Positions 38,970 to 48,611 of a stretch of DNA of 64,000 nucleotides are shown here, piece after piece (within the stretch, counting starts at the first letter, position 1; each line of letters begins with the position of its first letter). The stretch comes from Ignavibacteriota bacterium. Its GTDB lineage: Bacteria > Bacteroidota > Ignavibacteria > UBA10030. The notes below the pieces were generated by a model, which ran no database searches, was not told the origin of the DNA, and saw nothing but the letters and a program-made list of their open reading frames with translations. The position numbers and the translations under genes are program-made. The DNA lies in contig CAWBMS010000007.1 in assembly GCA_963790045.1 (NCBI GenBank), positions 591,545 to 655,544 on the forward strand. Reading direction: 5' to 3'.

Positions 38970-40658
38970 CTATTCATTCGATAAAATTTTATGAAGAGCA
39001 ATAATTGCTTTCTCTTTGGTTGGAAAAATTCCGGCTTGAACAGCATATTGGGGATTTCCGTCGATAATAATTTTTTCAACAAAGGTTTTCACTTCTGTAT
39101 CACGATTGAAATATTTTGCTTCCCTGCGTGCTTGACGGTCGGTATCCCAAGTAGAAATATGTATAAAGAATCCTTTTGGCTTTTCGTGTATCTCAATTTT
39201 ATATTTCTGCTCAAGAACAGGAATTGAAAGGATATTTTTAGTTTTACTGCTATCTGCCGTATTCGACACAGATTTTTCAGTTTGTCGCTGCGTTAAAATG
39301 AAATTCATTCCTTCAATATAATCTCCGTTGGCAGTAATGCGAACATTAAACGGATGGCTCGAAGGACTGCAGATTGCTCCAAGGATATTCAACTGTATCG
39401 GATCAACAAAGGCAATATAGTTTCCTGGCGGAATGCCTGTTTGATAAAATGAACCATCCGAAAAAACGCGAATGGATTTATTATATTTTCCGTCTGTGGA
39501 TTGAATGTGAACGTCAATACCCGGCACGGCTTTTTGTTCATTACCGATTTGCATCAGGACGGATCCGTCAAGGACGCCGGATGTATAAAAGGGGAGATCG
39601 ATAGGTTTATAAATATTGGGTTCTGTGATGATTGAGAATGAATACGCTTTTGGTATCCAGAGTGGATTTGGAATGGACGATTCAATAATGTCAATATCGT
39701 AATGTGTATAAGGCAATAATCGTCGTACTCGTGTTACGGCAAAGTCGTTTAAATCGATAGAAGCTGGCTGGCCCAAATTCATTGCTACGTTGTTAATGAT
39801 TTGTTCACCGGGGTCGTAAATTCCATTGCCATTATCGTCAACGAACATACGCATGGTAAGCGCAGAGAGCCCGACGGACGGCAAGTTATGATATTGGAAT
39901 TTATTTTGGTAATTGTCGTACCCTACAGTACCGCTAACATTCTGGAGTATGGTCGGTTCGCCGGTGTTCGAAGATATCGTCGTTGATGAGCGTGTAAAGG
40001 GAAACTCATAAATAAACTGCACACTTGCTGTATAATGATTTTGAAGAAAATTGTGAGAGTAAGAAAATTGAAGTCGTCCCGATGAAGTAATATTACTGGA
40101 AAGATCAAGTTGAAATTGACTAGCCTTTTTCCGTTCAAGGTCATAGATCAGAGATGAACCAACAAAAATATTTGATGTTATTGTTCCGTGCGGCGTGAAT
40201 GAGTAAATAAGTGAAGATGAAAGAGTAGGTTCTATTGATGTGCTTGCTGCATCTGCGGTCAATTCCGAATAGGTATACGTTACTGTTCCATTAAGTTGTT
40301 TGTATGTGACTGCTGGCCCTGTTGATATTCCTGTCGATGTGCTGTGTTCGTATGTTTGCCGGTTTGCTTGAAACTGATACGTGATAGAAGTTGAAGAAAG
40401 TGTAAACGGGATCGAAATGGTCGATTGAATCTCTGCAAGATTATTCGATGGATTGTAAAATCCATTTTTTTCATTCTTGGTGATCGAAAGGTCAGCTGAT
40501 ATTTGCGAAGCGTACACAGCACTTAAATCTGCCTTGTATAGTACGCCTGGTGCGGCATTGACTGTGAAAACATAATTTGTAGCCAACCAGGAAGATAGCG
40601 CAAGAAAACCAACCGGTACGTGCAGAGAGCGTATCGTTAATATATTCCACCCCGGCAC
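38970..40658 (-). CDS. usher-like outer membrane protein, C-terminal fragment (frameshift-split), with CarboxypepD_reg-like and SPOR-like modules
   Basis: Overlaps the N-terminal fragment by 167 nt in another frame. Natural-looking sequence starts about LALSSWLATNYVFTVNAAPG. Also DGSFYQTGIPPGNYIAFVDP, and C-terminal GFFIHISTWDTDRQARREAKYF...PQYAVQAGIFPTKEKAIIAL. Confidence 0.55.
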   Translation of the reverse strand: MPGWNILTIRSLHVPVGFLALSSWLATNYVFTVNAAPGVLYKADLSAVYASQISADLSITKNEKNGFYNPSNNLAEIQSTISIPFTLSSTSITYQFQANRQTYEHSTSTGISTGPAVTYKQLNGTVTYTYSELTADAASTSIEPTLSSSLIYSFTPHGTITSNIFVGSSLIYDLERKKASQFQLDLSSNITSSGRLQFSYSHNFLQNHYTASVQFIYEFPFTRSSTTISSNTGEPTILQNVSGTVGYDNYQNKFQYHNLPSVGLSALTMRMFVDDNGNGIYDPGEQIINNVAMNLGQPASIDLNDFAVTRVRRLLPYTHYDIDIIESSIPNPLWIPKAYSFSIITEPNIYKPIDLPFYTSGVLDGSVLMQIGNEQKAVPGIDVHIQSTDGKYNKSIRVFSDGSFYQTGIPPGNYIAFVDPIQLNILGAICSPSSHPFNVRITANGDYIEGMNFILTQRQTEKSVSNTADSSKTKNILSIPVLEQKYKIEIHEKPKGFFIHISTWDTDRQARREAKYFNRDTEVKTFVEKIIIDGNPQYAVQAGIFPTKEKAIIALHKILSNE

Positions 40659-41919
40659 TCGCAGTCAACCACGGTGTTAGCCCGGCTGTTATTACTGCTT
40701 GTGTAAATCGATCATTATTTTCCTGCAATGCACCTGCACCGACAGAATAATTTATTTCGCTGGCAGGAACAAACGAAAATGGAATTTGAATACGCTGTTT
40801 ATCTTCAACGACTTCGCCTGTCGGCCCATACAAACGTAAACTATAGTACGTTGTGCCGTAGGTTATCGGAACAACAAAGCGATAATTGCCTAGTTCGTCT
40901 GCTTTTGTGACCCCGACGAGCCTTTCATTAAGATAGAGTTCCACCGTCCAGAGAGGAAATGTTTTTTGTTCTATGACGTACGATTGAAACATCGTCCGTG
41001 CTTGCACAGGTTCGTTCGATATCTTTATGCCTTTAAAGTTTCGAGAAAAAAGATTGCTTGTGTTCACAAACCCAGCCTGAATATTTGAGATATATGGATT
41101 TTCATCGATCACATACCTCCACTCGCCTTCTACAGAAGACGAAGAAGGAATCGAAGAAGAATAATTTCCGTTAGCAGTCAGCGTTAAATCTCCTCCTGCA
41201 ACGATTCCGCCGCCTTGCAGATTGTATCCATAACTTTGAAAATTTTTTGTCGATGATGCCGTTAAAGAATAATCAAAAAATCCTCCGTCAAAAAAATTAT
41301 TTTGTCGGGGATAAAGGAGAGGATGTTCTTTTGCTGCTGCTTTCTGGCTTTCGAGCATATCTTGCTGTTGTTCGCGATTTCGTTCGGCGACAATGGGCAG
41401 TTCTTCTTTTGTTTCAAGAGACAATGTTAATCGTCTAATATCGACTCTAAAACGAAGTCCAAAAAGTCGTTCTAAAACGCTTGGCTTTACATAAATATCG
41501 AAAGTAGAACGGATATAATCATCAGATGCAAGGATAAATGTTGCCGTATCGACACGAGCGGTTCCCGTATTAAAGTTGATTACATATCTTCGAGATTCGG
41601 TAATGTAAAAACCTTCAGCAACATTTTGCTTATGGTCAAATTGATAATGGATATGGAGGAGAGAAAATAATTGTCCAAGTGGTAAATATTCGCTTGATTC
41701 ACTATAAAGCGCCGTAACAACCGTGTTGACGATTCCTAACGAATAGCTAAAGTTAAGATAAATTTCTTGGTTGGCTGAATCTTGAGGAGTTTGATGTTCT
41801 GCGTGAAGCTGCGGAATTAATAAAGAAGAAAAAAATATTCCCACCAAAAGAACCCCAAGATGAAAATGACGAAAATAAGAATATACGCAATGCATTACCA
41901 TGCAAGGACGCAATTCCAT
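40492..41919 (-). CDS. usher-like outer membrane protein, N-terminal fragment (frameshift-split)
   Basis: Signal peptide (LGVLLVGIFFSSLLIPQLHA). WTVELYLNERLVGVTKADELGNYRFVVPITYGTTYYSLRLYGPTGEVVEDKQRIQIPFSFVP fits the usher middle-domain pattern. The last ~40 aa (Cys/Arg-rich) look out of frame, with the break near 40600-40615. Confidence 0.55.
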   Translation of the reverse strand: MELRPCMVMHCVYSYFRHFHLGVLLVGIFFSSLLIPQLHAEHQTPQDSANQEIYLNFSYSLGIVNTVVTALYSESSEYLPLGQLFSLLHIHYQFDHKQNVAEGFYITESRRYVINFNTGTARVDTATFILASDDYIRSTFDIYVKPSVLERLFGLRFRVDIRRLTLSLETKEELPIVAERNREQQQDMLESQKAAAKEHPLLYPRQNNFFDGGFFDYSLTASSTKNFQSYGYNLQGGGIVAGGDLTLTANGNYSSSIPSSSSVEGEWRYVIDENPYISNIQAGFVNTSNLFSRNFKGIKISNEPVQARTMFQSYVIEQKTFPLWTVELYLNERLVGVTKADELGNYRFVVPITYGTTYYSLRLYGPTGEVVEDKQRIQIPFSFVPASEINYSVGAGALQENNDRFTQAVITAGLTPWLTASAGVEYINDTLSARTGWFSCAIFLVGYKLCFHSQCRTRRTIQGRFKCCVRFANIS

Positions 41920-42014
41920 TTTGGGTGATAACTGCCACTGAAGAGTTGCAGCACAGAATGTTTGTATAGTCTTTTGGGTACATCCATAAAATATTATGGG
42001 TTATTTCCATTTGC

Positions 42015-42833
42015 TCACTTGATCGTGAAAGCAATCTTTTTAACAATTGGCGGTATGTGAATAATGTTTTCTGATGCAATGTCGTTTCTTTCGGAGATGA
42101 ATGTGACTTCGGCTGTATAATTTCCCGCCTTCACTTTAGAATGCGAGAACGATGCCTTTTTATTCATCGTTGCATAAATACCGACAATTTCTGTCGATTC
42201 GTCAATATCGGTTCCACTTGCATCAACGAGCTTTACTTTTAATGTTCCAAAATACGGGGCGTTTCCTGTTTTTACTGTTTTCCAAACAAGCCGAATTGTC
42301 GCAGAATCTTCAATGACGATTGGATCAATGATTTCAAGATTCGTTGTAAGTGAACCTTTACAATAAAGGACCGTGGTTACCTGTTCAAAGGCGACATTAA
42401 TTTGTGTGGTAATTCCCGATCGAATGGTGTCGATACGTTTTGCCTGTGCTTGAGCGCTTGTGATAATACGAGACCAGTATATTCCATCCGATAGATTTGC
42501 AGGAGGTTGAGTATTTAAACGAACAATTTGTTGTGTGCCGGGCGGTAAAATAAATTTCCGGGGAAATCCTTTTACCCAATCCGCCATCGAATGCAGAGCC
42601 TCGGCAACGGAATCATCATATTGCATAGATAAGTTGCCTAACGAATCCGAAATAGGATAACCGAAACGGAATTTGATGGAAACTTCTTGCGGGTCGCCGG
42701 TTTTATTTTCGACAAGAAAAGTACCGAAATGGCTGCTGGAACTGATGAACAATGCCGGCGGTGCAATAGAAACTTGTGCATAGGATTGTGTTGCAAACAG
42801 TGTCAAGAAAAGATAAGAAAAAAATGTACGCAT
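42015..42833 (-). CDS. PapD-like periplasmic chaperone candidate
   Basis: Start at MRTFFSYLFLTLFATQSYA-QV (42833), 2 nt after the upstream stop. VSIAPPALFISSSSHFGTFLVENKTGDPQEVSIKF and FPRKFILPPGTQQIVRL...DGIYWSRI resemble the chaperone N-domain strands. 272 aa. Confidence 0.5.
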   Translation of the reverse strand: MRTFFSYLFLTLFATQSYAQVSIAPPALFISSSSHFGTFLVENKTGDPQEVSIKFRFGYPISDSLGNLSMQYDDSVAEALHSMADWVKGFPRKFILPPGTQQIVRLNTQPPANLSDGIYWSRIITSAQAQAKRIDTIRSGITTQINVAFEQVTTVLYCKGSLTTNLEIIDPIVIEDSATIRLVWKTVKTGNAPYFGTLKVKLVDASGTDIDESTEIVGIYATMNKKASFSHSKVKAGNYTAEVTFISERNDIASENIIHIPPIVKKIAFTIK

Positions 42834-42835
42834 AA

Positions 42836-43303
42836 TTAATTTTTCGGAATTGAGGAGACAGTAAGGGTGATGCTGCCGGTGTATTTGCCGGCGCGTTGCA
42901 ATGCGGAAGGATGTAAATTCCCTCCGATCCAAATGTAAATAGTTTGATGTTGTTTCAATGATAATGTCAATGGTTGTCGCGGATCGAAGAAGGTTCGAGA
43001 AGTGGTATTATCGATTGTCGACCAGGCAGCGCTTCTCTCATGAAAACGGGCAGGGATTTTATCCGATCCATTCATATTGGTAAACGATGTCGGAAGGAGA
43101 ACAGTAATGGTCGCCATCGATTCGACCGCTGATTGAATTTGAAATTCTGCCGCTCCAGCATCGAGCGGCTCAAGGTGTTTTTCTCTGCCGCTGATATTCG
43201 TTCCGAAGGATATATCGCTAATTTTAATGACTGATAAATTCGATTGACAAATCAGCAATGGACTGACTATGATGAACAGAAGAATGCTGTAAAACGATTT
43301 CAT
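42836..43303 (-). CDS. DUF4402-like fimbrial subunit paralog 3
   Basis: Signal peptide. ISDISFGTNI N-terminal motif. C-terminal QTIYIWIGGNLHPSALQRAGKYTGSITLTV. ATGA overlap with the upstream gene. Confidence 0.55.
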   Translation of the reverse strand: MKSFYSILLFIIVSPLLICQSNLSVIKISDISFGTNISGREKHLEPLDAGAAEFQIQSAVESMATITVLLPTSFTNMNGSDKIPARFHERSAAWSTIDNTTSRTFFDPRQPLTLSLKQHQTIYIWIGGNLHPSALQRAGKYTGSITLTVSSIPKN

Positions 43304-43791
43304 TGTTCTGTTACCTCGACCACGATGATGCCGGTATAAGTTCCCGCTGCCTGTGTTTTACTCGTCATTACCTTTCCACCGATCCAGATGAAAAGATTTC
43401 CATCGGTGCCTGTGGTTGCCGATCCATTCGTTGCATTTTTAAGTGTCGCTGTTGATGGTGCATTGGAAACAGTATTGTATATAGGATTGATCGGATAAAA
43501 ATTTATGGTGTTGCTGCCGCTTATTAATTTATCCGGAAAGGTTACGGTGATATTCACTGAGGCGCTGGAACTTCCATTAACTAAAAACTCTGCTGCTTGC
43601 GGCGACGTTGCATCGATCGTTGTTGTTACTCCCGAAATTAAATCGCCGAATTCGAGATCGTTCACTTTGGTAATGCTCAAAGAAGATGTTATTGAAAATG
43701 ATCCCGATGCTGTTGCTGATGCCGTTTCTTGCGCTATGCTCAAACTGCAACGCAATACAACCAGCATGGATATCAGAATCAAATGTTTCAT
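43300..43791 (-). CDS. DUF4402-like fimbrial subunit paralog 2
   Basis: Start at MKHLILISMLVVL (43791). NDLEFGDLISG motif. C-terminal GNLFIWIGGKVMTSKTQAAGTYTGIIVVEV. Confidence 0.6.
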   Translation of the reverse strand: MKHLILISMLVVLRCSLSIAQETASATASGSFSITSSLSITKVNDLEFGDLISGVTTTIDATSPQAAEFLVNGSSSASVNITVTFPDKLISGSNTINFYPINPIYNTVSNAPSTATLKNATNGSATTGTDGNLFIWIGGKVMTSKTQAAGTYTGIIVVEVTEQ

Positions 43792-43899
43792 CACGATGCT
43801 AATGTAGGAAAAGGATGTATGATTATCAACGGATGGACAAAAAGAAAGGGCGATCATCTTCTGACAGCCCTCTACTTTTTTTCGAACTAATTAGAAAAA

Positions 43900-44388
43900 T
43901 TACGGTTGTGTAACTGTAACGGTAATTGTTCCTGTATATGAACCGGCTGCTTGTGAAGATGTAGCAGTAACTTTGCCGCCAACCCATAAGTAAAGAGATC
44001 CATCAGTGCCACTGTTTGTTGTTCCGCCCGCAACAACACTGAAAGCTGTTGCACCTGTTTGTGTATTTGATGTATTGTAAACAGGTATCTGAGCAGTAAA
44101 TGCTAAATTGTTAGATCCATTGATCAGGTTTGCCGGATATGTAAAAGCAACTACTGTTGGATAAGAAAAATTATTACTGCTGACCGTGAATGCTGCTGCT
44201 GCTGCCTCTGTGGAAAGAATAGTAACAGAAGCACCTTGACCCAAGCTTCCGAAAGCAAGGTCTTGAGTTTTAGTCACATTGGTGGCGGCTAAAACGGTTG
44301 CAGTTGCTGTTGCAGTTGTTTGTCCTGCAAATGAAACTGCAGAAACAATCATCAACATTGCGACGAGGACGAGAGTGAGTTTTTTCAT
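43900..44388 (-). CDS. DUF4402-like fimbrial subunit paralog 1 (first gene, likely major subunit)
   Basis: AGGAG upstream. Signal peptide MKKLTLVLVAMLMIVSAVSFA. QDLAFGSLGQG motif. C-terminal GSLYLWVGGKVTATSSQAAGSYTGTITVTV. Confidence 0.6.
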   Translation of the reverse strand: MKKLTLVLVAMLMIVSAVSFAGQTTATATATVLAATNVTKTQDLAFGSLGQGASVTILSTEAAAAAFTVSSNNFSYPTVVAFTYPANLINGSNNLAFTAQIPVYNTSNTQTGATAFSVVAGGTTNSGTDGSLYLWVGGKVTATSSQAAGSYTGTITVTVTQP

Positions 44389-44730
44389 TTTATATCTCCT
44401 TTATATTTTATAAATATGAATTGAGTGAATTATCATCTTTTAACGATACCAAGTTACTCTTTACCATAGCCACTAGCAATACGGTAAACTCTTGAATTTT
44501 GTATTACGGTAATTTACGTAGGGAAATTAGCCACATCTCCGCCTGTTACAAATAAGGTTTTTTCTTGTTTATCAAAAGGATACGCACTATCTTTGTGTGC
44601 ACAGAGAAGAAGAAGTGGCGATTATTTGTAGATTTAAAGCAATTTTTATCTTTCAGCTTGAATCAAATCTTGGTACCACACTTGATAAGATAAAAAGAAT
44701 ATGAAACATCAAGGGATATGGGATTAAAAA

Positions 44731-44976
44731 ATGCCGGAGCCGATCAATGGAACCGTTGTTATTGTTACGGAGCGCTGCAAAGGTTGCTGCTTCTGCGTGC
44801 AATTTTGTCCCGCAGGTTGTCTGGAACTTTCCCGTCGTTACAATGCAAAAGGATATCACACGCCGACATTAGTCCATCCCGAAGATTGCACCGGCTGTGA
44901 TATGTGCGGAATGGTCTGTCCGGATTTTGCCATCTACGGATACAAATTGAAAAAGGAAGAAGTGCATGCACGCTGA
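44731..44976 (+). CDS. korD: 2-oxoacid:ferredoxin oxidoreductase delta subunit (2x[4Fe-4S] ferredoxin)
   Basis: 81 aa with two Cys clusters, CKGCCFCVQFCP and CTGCDMCGMVCP. Overlaps the alpha subunit start. Confidence 0.85.
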   Translation: MPEPINGTVVIVTERCKGCCFCVQFCPAGCLELSRRYNAKGYHTPTLVHPEDCTGCDMCGMVCPDFAIYGYKLKKEEVHAR

Positions 44977-46131
44977 TCCGTTGGGAGTTTTAACCGGCGC
45001 GCATTTTATCGACGGCGATCATGCGTGCAGCGAAGGAGCAATTGCAGCGGGTTGTCGATTTGTTGCCGGCTATCCCATTACCCCATCAACAGAAGTGGTG
45101 GAACGTATTGCAGATCGCTTTCCATTTGTCGGCGGAATTTTTCTTCAGATGGAAGATGAACTTGCATCATCGATCGCGATTCAAGGCGCCGTGTGGGGCG
45201 GTAAAAAAGCGATGACGGTAACATCAGGCCCGGGATTTTCGTTGATGATGGAACATCTTGGATATGCTGCGATGACAGAAACTCCGTTAGTCATCATCGA
45301 TGTGCAGCGCGCCGGCCCATCCACCGGATTGCCGACAGCGCCCGCGCAAGCCGATATGATGCAAGCACGCTGGGGTTCGCATGGCGATTACGGTATTATT
45401 GCCTTGTGTCCGAATTCGCCGCAGGAATGTTTCGATCTCACGATTCGTGCGTTCAACCTTGCAGAACGGTACCGCATTCCGGTGCTGTTGATGATGGATG
45501 AATGTGTCGGACACATGATCGAGCGTGTCGTGATTCCGGGTGCTGAAGAAATTGAAATTGTCGATCGCGGATATTATTCCGGCGAGAAAAAAGATTTTGC
45601 CTTGTTTAAAGCAAACGAACGACTCGTGCCGCCGATGGTCAAAGCGGGCGACGGATTTCATATTCACGTCACAGGACTCACGCATGACGAACGCGGTTAT
45701 CCCGATATGTCGGTTTCAGCGCACGACCGGTTGATTCGCCGTCTTGCAAAAAAAATAGAAGTGAATGCCCGCGGCATTATCGATTATAAAGAAGAGCACA
45801 TCGATGATGCCGATGTCGTTCTTGTCACGTACGGCATCACATCGCGTGTTGCCGTTCCGGCAATGGAATGGGCGCGCAAAGACGGAATGAAGGTCGGACA
45901 TTTGCGCTTGATTACAGCTTGGCCGTTTCCCGAACGAAGAATTGCCGAACTTGCGCATCGCGTCAAAGCGTTTGTCGTTCCGGAAATCAATCTGGGCAAA
46001 TGGTGCACGAAGTGGAACGTGTCGTGAAAGGCAAAACAACAGTGGTATCTGTTCCGCACGCCGGCGGAACCGTGCATGATCCGGAAGAAATATATACAGC
46101 CATTCGTAGCTGCATGAAAGGAAGATGGTAA
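44966..46131 (+). pseudogene. korA: 2-oxoacid:ferredoxin oxidoreductase alpha subunit, 1-nt deletion near 45994-45998 (probably an assembly indel)
   Basis: Track ORF 44966..46027 ends ...VPEINLGKWCTKWNVS. ORF 45868..46131 carries the expected tail QMVHEVERVVKGKTTVVSVPHAGGTVHDPEEIYTAI. Restoring one nt in CTGGGCAAATG gives EINLGQMVHEVER. Confidence 0.85.
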
Positions 46132-47039
46132 TGGCGGATGAACAAGTAGCCGAAGCAACGACATCGGTTCCGTCCAATCCGATTCAAAGTTTATTGCGGA
46201 TGGATCGTATGCCACACATCTGGTGCCCGGGATGCGGCATCGGCACAAGCGTCAATAGTTTTATTCGCGCACTGCAAACGAGCAAGTTGGATTTGGACAA
46301 AGTTGCAATTGTTTCCGGTATCGGATGCACGGGACGCGTGGCGGGATATATCAATCTGGATTCATTCCATACGACACACGGACGCGCCATTCCCTTTGCA
46401 ACAGGATTGAAACTTGCGAATCCTGAATTAAAAGTCATCGTTTACAGCGGCGACGGCGATCTAACGGCTATCGGCGGCAATCATTTTATTCATGCAGCGC
46501 GTCGCAATGTGGATATGACCGTCATTCTTGTCAATAATATGATTTATGGAATGACCGGCGGGCAGGCGGCACCGACTACACCGCTGGGCGCAATAGCATC
46601 GACAACACCGTACGGAAATTTTGAACAGACGTTCAATCTTCCATTTCTTGCGGATTCATGCGGCGCGGTGTACGTTGCGCGATGGACAACCTATCACGTT
46701 CGTCATCTGACAAAATCTATAAAAGAAGCTTTATCGAAGCGCGGATTTTCGTTTATCGAAATACTTGCTCCATGTCCGACGCTCTACAGCCGGAGAAATA
46801 AAATCGGCGACGGTTTGGATCAGATGATGTATTATAAAGAGAACAGCGAAATACAAAACGGCGCCGATACGAAGACCGTCGGTTTGGAATTTCAGAGCAA
46901 GATCGTCGTCGGAAAGTTTATCGACCGCGAACGGCAGCCGTATCAGGATGCGATGTTCGAACATTATACAAAAAAACTTGGCGAACGATATGTTCCGTCT
47001 CCCGAAATGAAGAAAGCGTATGGCACGAACGGAAATTAA
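46125..47039 (+). CDS. korB: 2-oxoacid:ferredoxin oxidoreductase beta subunit (TPP-binding)
   Basis: WCPGCGIGT, GIGCTGR and GDGDLTAIGGNHFIHAARRN motifs. 304 aa. Confidence 0.9.
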   Translation: MVMADEQVAEATTSVPSNPIQSLLRMDRMPHIWCPGCGIGTSVNSFIRALQTSKLDLDKVAIVSGIGCTGRVAGYINLDSFHTTHGRAIPFATGLKLANPELKVIVYSGDGDLTAIGGNHFIHAARRNVDMTVILVNNMIYGMTGGQAAPTTPLGAIASTTPYGNFEQTFNLPFLADSCGAVYVARWTTYHVRHLTKSIKEALSKRGFSFIEILAPCPTLYSRRNKIGDGLDQMMYYKENSEIQNGADTKTVGLEFQSKIVVGKFIDRERQPYQDAMFEHYTKKLGERYVPSPEMKKAYGTNGN

Positions 47040-47571
47040 AATCGGCGGCTTTGGCGGGCAGGGCGTCATTCTCAGCGGTTACATTATCGGCCGTGCAGCA
47101 TGTATTTTCGATACAAAACATGCAACGATGATTCAGGCGTTCGGCCCCGAAGCTCGCGGTTCTGCTACGAGCGCACAAATTATTGTTTCGGATGAACAGG
47201 TTGCGTATCCGTATCTTACATCGCCGGATTTGATGGTGTTGATGTCGCAGGAAGCATATATAAAATTTTCGCCGGAACTTGTCGTCGGCGGAACGCTGAT
47301 CACGGAATCGGATTTAGTAACGCCAATCAATCTTCGCAAAGACCTTCATCATTATGCAATTCCCGCGACACGATTTGCAGAAGAACTCGGCAAACGTATG
47401 GTGCTCAATATTGTGATGATGGGATTTACAACCGCGGTGTTCGATCTCTTAAAGCCCGAAGCAATGCGCGAAGCGGTCAAAGCATCCGTTCCGAAAGGGA
47501 CAGAAGATCTCAATTTGAAAGCGTTCAATAAAGGATACGAGTACGGATTAGATCTGCTGGGAAAAGGTTGA
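47020..47571 (+). CDS. korC: 2-oxoacid:ferredoxin oxidoreductase gamma subunit
   Basis: IGGFGGQGVILSG N-terminus and FGPEARGS motif. 183 aa. Overlaps the beta subunit stop. Confidence 0.85.
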   Translation: MARTEIKIGGFGGQGVILSGYIIGRAACIFDTKHATMIQAFGPEARGSATSAQIIVSDEQVAYPYLTSPDLMVLMSQEAYIKFSPELVVGGTLITESDLVTPINLRKDLHHYAIPATRFAEELGKRMVLNIVMMGFTTAVFDLLKPEAMREAVKASVPKGTEDLNLKAFNKGYEYGLDLLGKG

Positions 47572-47579
47572 CGCTGTAG

Positions 47580-48605
47580 TTAATCGATCAGGTAATCGAT
47601 AATTTTTTTCTTCGGGTCGAACGGTGCTAAGTGATTCAATCCAAGTTTTTCGATTGCGAGCGCAATCAGTTTGTCTTCCGATAAATTATTTTCTTGAGAA
47701 TAAAATCTTCCTGCTTTCAGCATCGCTTCTAACGGCGTCAACCCGATTAATTCACTTCCTGTGACTTCGATACCGATTATTTGCGCAATCCGTTTAACTT
47801 CTTCGAACGCTTCGTGCATCGATGTGATTTCATAATCGACAAGATTTATAGAAACTTGTGTCATCTCGTGCTGTGCAAGCGTTACACCCATTGCTTTCAC
47901 TGCTTTCAATGTGCCGGGAATTTTTATCGTTTCACCCTGCTCGTTCTTTACAGGATTTCCGTACTCATCTTTCATCGCCCTGCCGCTTTCACGAATGCGC
48001 AGTGCAATTTCATGCGCAAGCTGTTCATTGGTCGAACGGAGATTGACATTATATGCAATGAGAAATTTTCTTGCACCGGTCACAGTTGCTCCGCTTTTTG
48101 GATTGAAGAGTGATTCACCGTAATCCGGCTTCCATTGCGGATCATTGAGCTTTTCTTTTAATCCTTCGTATTCTCCTTTGCGAATGTCCGCAAGATTCTT
48201 TCGCTGCAAAGAACGTGCTGCTACTTCGTACAAATAAATTGGAATATGCAATTCTTTAGCAACACGTTGTCCGTAATGATTGGCAAGTTGAATGCAGTCG
48301 TCCATCGAAACATCGCGAATCGGAATAAACGGCACCACATCTGCCGCACCGATACGCGGATGTTCGCCATGCTGCGTTCGCATATCGATCAACGCTGCCG
48401 CTGTTTCTGTGGCACGGAATGCTGCTTCCACCACAGCATCGGGTTTGCCGATAAATGTGACAACCGTCCGGTTGTAATCTTTATCCGGTTCGATGTTCAG
48501 CAGCTTTACACCGGCAACGCTTTTCACGCTGCTGCCGATGGCATCGATGGTCGATGGATTTCTTCCTTCGCTAAAGTTCGGAACACATTCTACTAATCGT
48601 TTCAT
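47580..48605 (-). CDS. ftcD: glutamate formimidoyltransferase
   Basis: MKRLVECVPNFSEGRN N-terminus and HPRIGAADVVPFIP motif. 341 aa. Confidence 0.85.
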   Translation of the reverse strand: MKRLVECVPNFSEGRNPSTIDAIGSSVKSVAGVKLLNIEPDKDYNRTVVTFIGKPDAVVEAAFRATETAAALIDMRTQHGEHPRIGAADVVPFIPIRDVSMDDCIQLANHYGQRVAKELHIPIYLYEVAARSLQRKNLADIRKGEYEGLKEKLNDPQWKPDYGESLFNPKSGATVTGARKFLIAYNVNLRSTNEQLAHEIALRIRESGRAMKDEYGNPVKNEQGETIKIPGTLKAVKAMGVTLAQHEMTQVSINLVDYEITSMHEAFEEVKRIAQIIGIEVTGSELIGLTPLEAMLKAGRFYSQENNLSEDKLIALAIEKLGLNHLAPFDPKKKIIDYLID

Positions 48606-48611
48606 ATCATT

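Noticed and set aside
44671-44686. Sigma-54-like promoter TGGTAC-N5-TTGAT, 45 nt upstream of the oxidoreductase operon, tempting because an NtrC-type activator is in the window.
   Set aside because: The critical -12 GC is replaced by GA and -24 reads TGGTAC rather than TGGCAC. A single weak match cannot be told from chance without a genome-wide model.
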